DNA of 64,000 nucleotides from a virus. This document shows, one piece after another, positions 29,252-37,122 of this stretch. Location of the stretch: the IMG/VR virus record IMGVR_UViG_3300042894_002769, positions 1-64,000 of that record; one strand, written 5' to 3'. The stretch's first letter is position 1; the number at the start of each line of letters is the position of its first letter. The notes beneath the pieces were generated by a model. The model had not been told where the DNA came from, did not search any database, and saw only the letters and a list, made by a program, of their open reading frames with translations. Both the position numbers and the translations under genes were made by a program.

Positions 29252-30778
29252 CTATGCTCCTTTTGTTTTACCAAATCTCGCTCCGGTAGCAGTTGATAAT
29301 ATTTTGTATCGTAATTCGTCAGCAATATGGTCACAAGAATCCGTATCCAAATCGTCTAAGTTTTTAGAATCACGAGGGAGTGTTGGGAAAATTTCAATGA
29401 AATCTTTACAAGTATTAAAAACAAATAATCCTGCCTTTTCGCGTATTCCTGTAGGCGGTTTAAAAGAATTGCTCAAAAACTCTCGAACAGCAATCCATCC
29501 ACCGACACGACTTCCAGCTGACTTATCTGACCTTGCCCATGCTACGCCTTGGCGTATTGTCCCATCGTCCAGTCTAACCGGCTTTAACATGTCACCAGCA
29601 ATCGAAATACCTGATTGAATGTTCCATATTGCATTATCGGCTGCACCAGCGCGTACACGCCCATAGATGCCCATTTTTAGTTCTCTTTCGATGATGCCTT
29701 TGGAAATCATTTCATTTTTCATATACAAACCTTTGTTTGTATCATCAGGGTCACAACCATACCATTCACCTATTCTGAATACATCGCCTTTCACTGTTGA
29801 CATCAATCGCCCATTGGCAAGAACAATATCTGAGCCATCAGAAGTCCAATACCAACCGACAGAAAATGGTGCGCTACTTCCCCAGTCAAAACATCTATCA
29901 ATTGTACCCGCATTAGGAATATTAAAAGGTTTAACCACATGCACAAAACTATCCCAAACATCATCGAACATACCTCCGTCAACACCAGCATCCCAATCGC
30001 CAAATAACCAAGCTCTGCGTTTAGCAGGGTCTTTGATTTTATATAAATCGACAATATATTTTGGTGAAAGTTTTTTGTTTTCTGCCCAAGTTGAAAAAAT
30101 GTGACACTGTGTCGTAGTTATTGGTTCGACTTCTTGGGTTCGAGGATTTAAAATTTCTACAGTTGTTTTTAGTATTTCACCCGATATACTTGCATCGATA
30201 AAGCGTTTTTTAAGCCAATTTCGACCAACACCTGATGGGTTGCTGGTATAAAATTGACACATGGGAATTTCAGGCAGTATTGTGCCATCTGATAATGGAT
30301 TTTCTTCAGGTACAAATGATGACCGATTGAGTGATGACAATAAATCGACTATCACAGGTGTGGGTTGCTTACTGACCTCGTTAACACCGATAAATGGAAA
30401 CTCTGACCCATGTAGCTTGTCATAGTCATCCATTGAACGTATGGCGCGTAGGAGTAATTCTTCGCCTGTTTTCCATACCCATTTGTACTCACCTTTTGAT
30501 GCCAAAAATTTAGCACCATCATTGAACTGTAAAAAATATTTTTTAGTTTTTCCGATAATATCATCAAGTGACGATAACTGTGTATCGATGATTAATCCGC
30601 GCCAGAAAATACCATAACCTCTACCAACAGTTTGCCGAAATCGCATAATTTGAACGTCTGTCTTACCGCCACCACGAGTACCGTGATAGAGTATGGTATT
30701 ACTTGGACAAGACATTGCCAATCGTTGACTGCCTTCCTGTGCTTCCCAAACTAATTTTTGATTTGGTTCTAATTGCAT
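29252..30778 (-). CDS. terL: Terminase large subunit
   Basis: Walker A GTRGGGKT, Walker B IGVNEV, TSNPSG, nuclease motifs FDWG and DHIADELRY. Confidence 0.93.
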   Translation of the reverse strand: MQLEPNQKLVWEAQEGSQRLAMSCPSNTILYHGTRGGGKTDVQIMRFRQTVGRGYGIFWRGLIIDTQLSSLDDIIGKTKKYFLQFNDGAKFLASKGEYKWVWKTGEELLLRAIRSMDDYDKLHGSEFPFIGVNEVSKQPTPVIVDLLSSLNRSSFVPEENPLSDGTILPEIPMCQFYTSNPSGVGRNWLKKRFIDASISGEILKTTVEILNPRTQEVEPITTTQCHIFSTWAENKKLSPKYIVDLYKIKDPAKRRAWLFGDWDAGVDGGMFDDVWDSFVHVVKPFNIPNAGTIDRCFDWGSSAPFSVGWYWTSDGSDIVLANGRLMSTVKGDVFRIGEWYGCDPDDTNKGLYMKNEMISKGIIERELKMGIYGRVRAGAADNAIWNIQSGISIAGDMLKPVRLDDGTIRQGVAWARSDKSAGSRVGGWIAVREFLSNSFKPPTGIREKAGLFVFNTCKDFIEIFPTLPRDSKNLDDLDTDSCDHIADELRYKILSTATGARFGKTKGA

Positions 30779-30806
30779 AATTGTTATTATTAAAATGGCT
30801 CAAAAT

Positions 30807-30847
30807 AAAAAAGGCAACCAACGAGCCTGAAGGTTGCCTTTCTTTTT
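30807..30847. terminator. Bidirectional intrinsic terminator
   Basis: AAAAAAGGCAACC...GGTTGCCTTTCTTTTT. Confidence 0.75.
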
Positions 30848-30870
30848 ATAGCAAAATAATTATTTGCAAA

Positions 30871-30945
30871 CTAGCAAACAACTTTTTTACCTTTACCTTT
30901 ACCAGTGCCTTTTTTTGGCATCATTGGTTTTTTCATAGCAGCCAT
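30871..30945 (-). CDS. 24-aa lysine/glycine-rich peptide
   Basis: MAAMKKPMMPKKGTGKGKGKKVVC with GGAG RBS; below ORF-track cutoff. Confidence 0.6.
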   Translation of the reverse strand: MAAMKKPMMPKKGTGKGKGKKVVC

Positions 30946-30977
30946 GATAGCTTCTCCAGTCAGATTAAAATCGAATC

Positions 30978-31130
30978 CTACTTTAACTTAGTACCGCAAA
31001 CGGTACAAGTAAAATTATTTTTAGTATCTGAATTCATCACACGCATATCTTTGCCATGTAACTTATCTTGTGATTGACCTGCTAATGATTTTTTGTCGCA
31101 ATTATTGCATCTTTTAATCTCAGCCGTCAT
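30978..31130 (-). CDS. 50-aa zinc-ribbon-like protein
   Basis: MTAEIKRCNNCDKK...QDKLHGKDMRVMN...FTCTVCGTKLK; two CxxC motifs; overlaps the upstream gene end. Confidence 0.7.
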   Translation of the reverse strand: MTAEIKRCNNCDKKSLAGQSQDKLHGKDMRVMNSDTKNNFTCTVCGTKLK

Positions 31131-31392
31131 TTTGAATTTCCTCGACAGGCGCTACAGGTAACTCGACATCAATTACGCTATCATCAGTTAGTGCAAATAG
31201 CGCTATTCTTTTTTCAAGTGCCACTAAGTAGCCAGTCATGTGTAATAACTGTGTGTTAAGTAAAGCTACATGTTCCTGTGAAATATCCACATTAATTGCG
31301 CCATGTGCAAGGTCTGTTAAGAACTTTGACAAGTCATTAAGTTTAACCTCTAAGGCTTCTTTTTCACTAATTACTCTTTCTTGGAATGACAT
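31120..31392 (-). CDS. crAss001_48-like helical protein (candidate immune-signal sponge)
   Basis: FQERVISEKEAL..KL..LSKFL...LLNTQL..M..Y...LEKRIALF matches this family by recall. Confidence 0.65.
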   Translation of the reverse strand: MSFQERVISEKEALEVKLNDLSKFLTDLAHGAINVDISQEHVALLNTQLLHMTGYLVALEKRIALFALTDDSVIDVELPVAPVEEIQNDG

Positions 31393-31408
31393 AATTTTTC
31401 CTCTAAGT

Positions 31409-31471
31409 TGGTCAGTTATGAGGGACTTGCACCCCCGACCTCAGCGCTCTACCAAACTGAGCTAATAACTG
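31409..31471 (-). ncRNA. tRNA-like RNA lacking the anticodon arm
   Basis: CAGTTAT-TA-GCTC AGTTTGGTA GAGC-G-CTG-AGGTC-GGGGG TGCAAGT CCCTC-ATAACTG-A-CCA: intact acceptor stem, D arm, T arm and CCA; only 3 nt where the 17-nt anticodon arm belongs. Confidence 0.85.
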
Positions 31472-31482
31472 TAATATAAACG

Positions 31483-31558
31483 TGGTGTCCTCACAGGGAG
31501 TCGAACCCCAATCTTACGCATTATGAGTACGGAGCATTGACCGTTATGCTATAAGGAC
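31483..31558 (-). tRNA. tRNA with CAU anticodon (Ile2/lysidine type or Met)
   Basis: 76-nt cloverleaf GTCCTTA...loop CTCATAA...TTCGACT...TGAGGAC-A-CCA; starts directly after the upstream stop codon. Confidence 0.9.
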
Positions 31559-32017
31559 TTACTCAATCACATACCAATCATCTGCAAGTGTGTCACTAAC
31601 TGATGCAACCCATGTGTCAAATGAATTTCTGGTATTTTTAATAACAAAATGCGCACATAATTCTGAAAATTCAAAGTCACGCGCTTTAACTAATTTAACA
31701 TACATACCATTACCGTTCCAGCCAGCGCGAGCCACAATGTGACCCACTTTAAGCGCTTCAATTGCCATACCAAATGACAATCTATCAACAGGGCGATAGG
31801 CTTTTGAAAAAACTTCTTTTGGCGACCATGTAACATAGCCGTCATACTGTACGGTATTAGCTTGACCACCATCAAGATATTCAACTAAATAACCTGCGTC
31901 GTTTGGGTTTTCATCTTTTGGAAGTTCCCATCCGCGAAAATCATTGTACTCTTGACGTGTCATTTCAACAGCGTTAATTACTTTTGTGCCGATATATTGT
32001 CGCATAAAATTTCTCAA
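31559..32017 (-). CDS. DUF2829 (Tad2-like, anti-Thoeris sponge family) domain fused to an N-terminal domain
   Basis: C-terminal LSFGMAIEALKVG..VARAGWNGNGMYV...WVASVSDTLADDW; N-terminal YIGTKVINA...WSPKEVF domain. Confidence 0.8.
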   Translation of the reverse strand: MRNFMRQYIGTKVINAVEMTRQEYNDFRGWELPKDENPNDAGYLVEYLDGGQANTVQYDGYVTWSPKEVFSKAYRPVDRLSFGMAIEALKVGHIVARAGWNGNGMYVKLVKARDFEFSELCAHFVIKNTRNSFDTWVASVSDTLADDWYVIE

Positions 32018-32724
32018 TTGTTGTAACGTAGTAAAATATCACGACAAATGCCTGACCGAACAACGTCATCGATGGTGAAATAGCAAAATTGAATGTTATT
32101 CACATTTTGTAATCGATTCATAGCATCTTTAAGTCCTGATTTACAACTTATATCACATTGATTCACATCACCATCGATAATTATCTTACAGCCTTCACCA
32201 ACACGAGTTAGAAACATGCGCATTTGTTCAACTGATGTATTTTGTGCTTCATCAAGTATCACAACTGAATCGGTGAATGTCACACCTCGCATATAGGCTA
32301 ATGGTTTGAACTCAATCATTTTCTTATTCAGATAATAATCCACCACAGGCTTACCCAAACGTCGTGATAATATCTCTATCATTGGGAGCATCCAAGGCTC
32401 AGTCTTATCTGATAATTCACCTTTCAAATAACCAAGGCTTTCACCAGCTTCAACTATTGGACGACAAATGATTATTTTGGTTATGTTTTTTAATTGCAAT
32501 TGTTGCGCAGCATAACTTAGCGCAATATAACTTTTTCCAGTACCAGCGCAACCTACGCCAAAAGTAATAATATTGCCATAAATTGCATTTAAATATTGTT
32601 GTTGTGCATCGTTTAAAGCAGTGGGTGCTTTGACATGATATGTCTGCTCAACCTGATACGATACAGATTCTTCTAATTTAGCTTTACGTTTATCCCTTCT
32701 TTTTGCTCTTTTATCAAATTCCAT
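32014..32724 (-). CDS. phoH: PhoH-family ATPase
   Basis: GCAGTGKS, RPIVEAGESLGYLKG, LAYMRGVTF, ILDEAQN, GDVNQCD, DVVRS. Confidence 0.95.
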   Translation of the reverse strand: MEFDKRAKRRDKRKAKLEESVSYQVEQTYHVKAPTALNDAQQQYLNAIYGNIITFGVGCAGTGKSYIALSYAAQQLQLKNITKIIICRPIVEAGESLGYLKGELSDKTEPWMLPMIEILSRRLGKPVVDYYLNKKMIEFKPLAYMRGVTFTDSVVILDEAQNTSVEQMRMFLTRVGEGCKIIIDGDVNQCDISCKSGLKDAMNRLQNVNNIQFCYFTIDDVVRSGICRDILLRYNN

Positions 32725-32748
32725 AAAGTCCCTAGTTAGTTTAGAAGT

Positions 32749-32894
32749 TGATAGTTGCTGGTACTGAACTCCGGCTTGTGGTGCTGTTTAACACACGCTT
32801 ACTCTTTCGAGATAGTTACCCCTACAGTAACACTCCACTAGGCTTTTGGGCTTCTACCCCGTTCCATAGCATATCAGCCTATGCTTTAACTATC
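32749..32894 (-). ncRNA. Structured RNA with closing helix and loop-loop pseudoknot upstream of phoH
   Basis: Closing helix UGAUAGUU/AACUAUCA; hairpin GCAUA-GGCUGA-UAUGC whose loop can pair with UCAGU in the loop of the 3' hairpin GCCGG-AGUUCAGUA-CCAGC. Confidence 0.6.
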
Positions 32895-32983
32895 ACGCAT
32901 GCCAACTGGTATGCAATTAGCATGCGTGATAATACTTAGCACATTGCGGAAAACGTATATATCCATTAACCGCATGTGCAATT

Positions 32984-33090
32984 TTGTCATTTACCCAATG
33001 GGAATTGAACCCATAATTTATCATAAATATCGTGTCGCGCTTGATAAGATATGATTTGGTTTACCTAGTTTAACCTATAGGTTTATCACA
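32984..33090 (-). ncRNA. tRNA-like RNA with enlarged anticodon arm and no CCA
   Basis: ACCTA-TA-GGTT AAACTAGGTA AACC ... ATGGG TTCAATT CCCAT-TGGGT: D and T arms clear; ~36-nt bulged arm in place of the anticodon arm. Confidence 0.65.
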
Positions 33091-33097
33091 AGGTTTT

Positions 33098-33127
33098 ATC
33101 TTACTGCTGGTTTAGGGCGCTTGTCAA
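33098..33127 (-). promoter_or_regulatory. Sigma70-like promoter driving the tRNA-like/ncRNA/phoH transcript
   Basis: TTGACA-18-TAAGAT. Confidence 0.65.
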
Positions 33128-33282
33128 TACTGTTTGCGATTAGTTGCTAAAATACCTGTCACAATGATATGAACAAGTCCTAGCGTACTGATGCACAAAA
33201 ATAAAATATTGCGAAAATCGTTATAATTTTGTGACCAATTATGCGTGTGGTGATTTTCATGTGGAATTCTCACAAGGAGTTT

Positions 33283-33468
33283 AAAAAGAAAAACCCCGCA
33301 TCACACGGGCAGCGATACGGGGTTTGTCCTTATTTTTATGCCGATTCTGCATTAAGAGTCGTGGAGGATATGATGAGGTATCGGCATTAATAATATTGCC
33401 GTCTTTCCGAGCTGTCATTTCACCACAAAAGGAGAGTATAAATGTCACATGAACGTCACAAATAATAC
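33283..33468 (-). ncRNA. Candidate ~185-nt sRNA with two anti-RBS segments
   Basis: Own promoter and a 14-bp terminator stem whose G-U pairs work only on the minus strand; contains CAUUUAUACUCUCCUUUUGUGGUG and CAUCAUAUCCUCCAC. Confidence 0.55.
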
Positions 33469-33474
33469 AGCCTT

Positions 33475-33503
33475 ATGGTAAATAGTAATTGCCCGTATGT
33501 CAA
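33475..33503 (-). promoter_or_regulatory. Sigma70-like promoter
   Basis: TTGACA-17-TACCAT. Confidence 0.65.
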
Positions 33504-33507
33504 TAAA

Positions 33508-34284
33508 TTATTCGATAGGTTCAGGCGCAGGCTCAAATGATTCGCCTTCCGCTACATCTGATAATTCTTTGGCAAATGAAGATATTTTTTCCATCACAGC
33601 TGCTACCGCAGGGTCGCTTAGATGGTTTGCAATGGGTTCGTATTTGATGCCAAAGTGACTGATAACTTCTTCCATTAGCGCGTCATCTAAGACTTGATTG
33701 TCCTGCATTGGAATTCTGATGTCAGAAGCCATGTAAGGCAATTGAATTTCTTGGCATGAAGCGACATAGGCAATTTGGTCATTTTTCACATAGCCAAGGA
33801 TACCGCCATTTGTGTTACCTGTTGTGACATCGTAATGTAGTATCGCATGGACATCGTAGAATTTAATCACAGCAGTGTCGGTTGGGTAAGTTTGGACTTT
33901 GAGAATTGACTTTTTACGATTACTCACACGGTAAAGCGCATCTTCGGATACTTCGTGGGTCTTATTGACCAAATTGTTGAATACGGGATAGAAGTAATTA
34001 TTAGCATCTTCTAAGACATTGCTCACAGAGAATAACTCACTGAAGTCGTCATCGTCGTCTTCAATTGGGGTCAGGGGTTGTTCCCATAGGAGCGAGCTGA
34101 CCATACCACCTACTGCTGCGGCTGAGTGTTGGTTTAAGTTAGCTTTTTCGTCTTGAGCGAAAGCAGCTTGAAGGTCAGTGATGAATTTTTCAACGAGTGG
34201 GATTGCAACCGAGATTTCAAAGATACCGCGTGATTCTAGGTCGTCTTGCAAGCGTTGTAGTTCAAATGCGTGGTGTGTTGTCAT
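33508..34284 (-). CDS. Hypothetical acidic protein
   Basis: 258-aa ORF with upstream promoter TTGCTT-17-TAAAAT (~34321-34349). Confidence 0.7.
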   Translation of the reverse strand: MTTHHAFELQRLQDDLESRGIFEISVAIPLVEKFITDLQAAFAQDEKANLNQHSAAAVGGMVSSLLWEQPLTPIEDDDDDFSELFSVSNVLEDANNYFYPVFNNLVNKTHEVSEDALYRVSNRKKSILKVQTYPTDTAVIKFYDVHAILHYDVTTGNTNGGILGYVKNDQIAYVASCQEIQLPYMASDIRIPMQDNQVLDDALMEEVISHFGIKYEPIANHLSDPAVAAVMEKISSFAKELSDVAEGESFEPAPEPIE

Positions 34285-34628
34285 AGGTGATTATCATTTT
34301 CTAAAATTAAGGAAACCCAATTTTAAGGATTTGCTTGCTGAAAAGCAAGTTTTTTGGATTGGGGTGGGTGCATGGCATGAATAGGAAGGTGAATAGGAAA
34401 TCGTGGCGTAGAGGGCGAGTTTGGTGGGTTGTAGGGTGGGGAATGAGTAGGAAGGTGTGGCTGAGGGGAGAGTTTGAAAATCATGATGACTGTGTGGAGC
34501 TGGGGATTGGATAGATATATAAAATAGTTTCGACCTGTTTAGGGTAGGTTAAATTTACTATTTTCGTTAAAATTGACGTTTTTTTGCCGTTTTTTTCCTA
34601 TCCGGTGGGGTAAAACCTTGCAAGCGAT

Positions 34629-34659
34629 AAAAAAAAAGCGCCTTTTGAGCGCTTTTTTT
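34629..34659. terminator. Bidirectional terminator closing the early block
   Basis: A9-GCGC...GCGC-T7 hairpin. Confidence 0.75.
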
Positions 34660-34681
34660 CCGAAAATTATTTTTTTTCGTG

Positions 34682-34900
34682 CTATTCGTAGCGGTCTACC
34701 GTTATTTTTTCGCCTTTAATAATGATATAAAGCGTTCCGATATTAGAAAAAATGCAGCAATAAACGCGATACGCTCGCCCGTTGGTTAGCGCCTTATAAG
34801 GTGTCTTTAATTTTTTCCCATATCCTGACGCGGTTTGTTGTAGTCCGCGCGTGTGATACCACAAAGGCGCTTCAATGAATTCTAAGTTAACGGGTCGCAT
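34682..34900 (-). CDS. Early hypothetical protein
   Basis: Likely start MRPVNLEF (RBS GGAG); TASGYGKKLKTPY...RVYCCIFSNIGTLYI. Confidence 0.7.
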   Translation of the reverse strand: MRPVNLEFIEAPLWYHTRGLQQTASGYGKKLKTPYKALTNGRAYRVYCCIFSNIGTLYIIIKGEKITVDRYE

Positions 34901-34902
34901 GT

Positions 34903-35418
34903 CTATTTTCTCCAGTGCATTGTGATTAGTGCGGGCGTGTCTGTTAGCGTTCCAAGTATCTCGCACTCTTTCAAGTCGTGCGGCTCTGCTATCAATTCAA
35001 CGCTAAACGGTTTCATCTGAGCGTTTTCCCATTGTGCAAGCGCTTGCGCCTCACCATCTGTTAAACCTGTAATATCTCCATTTTGTAGCGCTGCAAGGTA
35101 TGGCGCGTGGATTGTTGCGCGTCGCGTGTGCCATTTTTTACAGTGCCTTCTTATCCATACTTTCAACGCTTCGACGCTCTTAAAATATACTCTGATTTCA
35201 TGCGCTGGTTGTGTGAAGTTCTGATAATGAAATAAATTGATAGTGTTCAGGCGTAAATGATTAATATCAAAATCAGTGAAGACTATAGGCGTGTTGTCAT
35301 AACGTCCCGTGTTTATGCTGTAATCCTGACCATTTACACGAATTTTAAAACCGTGTAAGCTGTCAATTCTTTGCGCTCTGTCTCTGATTTTATACAATGC
35401 CAGTTGTTGCGGTTTCAT
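34903..35418 (-). CDS. Early hypothetical protein
   Basis: 171-aa coupled ORF; ALQNGDITGLTD motif. Confidence 0.65.
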   Translation of the reverse strand: MKPQQLALYKIRDRAQRIDSLHGFKIRVNGQDYSINTGRYDNTPIVFTDFDINHLRLNTINLFHYQNFTQPAHEIRVYFKSVEALKVWIRRHCKKWHTRRATIHAPYLAALQNGDITGLTDGEAQALAQWENAQMKPFSVELIAEPHDLKECEILGTLTDTPALITMHWRK

Positions 35419-35726
35419 AATATCGCGCTCCCGTAATCGATGGCGTAAAGTGGGCGCTCTGTCGCGCGTTCTTTGATAATAATATTGTATCCATCATCAT
35501 CAATGCTACATCTTCCAGCGCTTGCGCTTGTTAAGTATCCTGACTCCCTAAAATGTTTCAATAGTTGGCGCGGTGTCCAGTCTAAACAATCAGCGCTAAT
35601 TGTTCCGATTGTGTGCCAATTATTCCAGTCGTAGCCGTTGCGGTTATTTCCCCACGCATCAATTGATAATATTTTCAAATCATCAGGCGCGGGCGTTGGT
35701 GTTGGTGTCGTGTTAATTAATAGCAT
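35415..35726 (-). CDS. Early hypothetical protein
   Basis: Likely start MLLINT at 35726 (RBS AGGAGG); LSIDAWGN...GYDWNNW motif. Confidence 0.7.
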   Translation of the reverse strand: MLLINTTPTPTPAPDDLKILSIDAWGNNRNGYDWNNWHTIGTISADCLDWTPRQLLKHFRESGYLTSASAGRCSIDDDGYNIIIKERATERPLYAIDYGSAIL

Positions 35727-36312
35727 GATAAATGCCTCCTTTTGTATAGGTGTATTCATTTAAAATTAAATTTTCTTTAATGTTTTCTTCGCTTGTTTGG
35801 TTGTCGTGTTCGCGCTGTAATATCCGATATATGACGCGGTTTAGGTCAATCAATAAATCGTCAAAATCTTCACACTCTACCGCGTCGCCCGTTTTGCTGT
35901 TGCTACAATCTGCGCTTGTGCTTCGTTCGTGGGTGTAATTCCCTCGATGGGTTATCGTCGCCCGTAACCTGTAAAGGTGGCGCTTTTGGATTGCTTGCAA
36001 GCGCTTTGCAATGTCTAATAATTCCGACGTTGGGCGGTCTTGTTGTAGCGTTTTAAATGCGCCTTTATCATAGCTATAATTACCAGTGATGCACGCTCCT
36101 GACCCTTGGCAATGGCTCAAGTCATACATAATTTTAACGTCATAAAATCCCATAATTTCAAGCGCTGCCGTGATATCTTCTTCGATAAAGTCTAAAAAAG
36201 TCCATTCGTAGCGCTCGCGCTCTACAATTCGCGCTTGTACTGCTGGTGATAAGTCTTTGAAAAAATAAACCGGAATCACTCCAGCGGGTGTCGCTGTTGT
36301 TTCGTGTGTCAT
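35713..36312 (-). CDS. Early protein of a family often annotated 'antitoxin of toxin-antitoxin stability system'
   Basis: QGSGAC..G.Y...LQAIQKRHLYRL.A.I.HRGNY.HE...IYR.LQ.E....TSEE...E....NEYTYT..G, recognised by recall; function unproven. Confidence 0.6.
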   Translation of the reverse strand: MTHETTATPAGVIPVYFFKDLSPAVQARIVERERYEWTFLDFIEEDITAALEIMGFYDVKIMYDLSHCQGSGACITGNYSYDKGAFKTLQQDRPTSELLDIAKRLQAIQKRHLYRLRATITHRGNYTHERSTSADCSNSKTGDAVECEDFDDLLIDLNRVIYRILQREHDNQTSEENIKENLILNEYTYTKGGIYHAIN

Positions 36313-36314
36313 TG

Positions 36315-37013
36315 TTACGCTCCTATCTTGCGTTTGATGATGCGGTGGTTGTAGTGCGGCTGGTTTGCTTGATAGTCCGCAAGGGTCGCGCGTGCGGCTG
36401 TCATTGTGTCATCAACGCTTGATAATTCCCATTTTTTGCCATCATATAAACTTTCGATGTGATATTCAAATATAGGAATTTTGAGCGCTTGTTTTTGTGT
36501 GTCTGTGCCATTGTTCGCATAATAGGAAAGTATGCTCAAAAGGGCGTGCGGGTCGCGTATCTGGTCGCCTTTTGCGCCTTGTCGTAGCTTTGGTGTGATG
36601 TTCAGGCGCTGGGCGCTAAATGCTCTGTATTGTTCCGCGTGCGGCTTGATTTTCAAAAGGCTGTTGCCGTTTTTATCTACTCCATTAAAAAACGCGTCAA
36701 AATGTATAAAGCTGTCAGGTGTTGGCGCTTGTTCAGGCGCTGGCGCTGGTTCGTTTAACGCTCTGAAGTCGCGCGTGAAAAAATAACTTTGAGCGCTGTC
36801 GTTTGCGTATCCTGCAAGGTTAAAACCTCGCAATTCTAAAATGTCACGGGCGTGATGGTCGCATGTCTGAAAGCTGTCATCATAGCTGAAAATTTCCGAT
36901 ACTTTGAAGCGAGTATCTGTAATTTTAAAGCGGGTAGGCTTGTGGTCGGTTGCTCCTATATAGTTCACAATAAACAATTGATGATTGATAGAGGATAATA
37001 ATTTTTCTTTCAT
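36315..37013 (-). CDS. Early hypothetical multi-module protein
   Basis: 232 aa; YIGATDHKPTRFKI N-terminal module and PAPAPE linker. Confidence 0.65.
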   Translation of the reverse strand: MKEKLLSSINHQLFIVNYIGATDHKPTRFKITDTRFKVSEIFSYDDSFQTCDHHARDILELRGFNLAGYANDSAQSYFFTRDFRALNEPAPAPEQAPTPDSFIHFDAFFNGVDKNGNSLLKIKPHAEQYRAFSAQRLNITPKLRQGAKGDQIRDPHALLSILSYYANNGTDTQKQALKIPIFEYHIESLYDGKKWELSSVDDTMTAARATLADYQANQPHYNHRIIKRKIGA

Positions 37014-37122
37014 GGTGTTTTCTCCAGTGTTTAAAATTTAATTTTACCGTATCTTTTAACGCTAAAATGTCGCGCTAAAATAATGACAATAATCAAAACA
37101 ATAATAATGCTTAAAATTGCCT

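Noticed and set aside
1797-30104. Numerous plus-strand ORFs overlapping structural genes
   Set aside because: Antisense shadows of long minus-strand genes with biased codon usage; no RBS or family motifs.
32748-32939. 63-aa plus-strand ORF in the track
   Set aside because: Antisense to the structured RNA and against the local transcription direction.
33005-33060. Intron-containing tRNA (bulge-helix-bulge or group I)
   Set aside because: The extra arm lacks BHB geometry, is far too short for group I, and the acceptor end lacks canonical pairing and CCA.
33281-33418. 45-aa ORF MTARKDG... on the minus strand
   Set aside because: Runs through the hairpins and terminator of the candidate sRNA and has a poorly spaced RBS; more likely non-coding.
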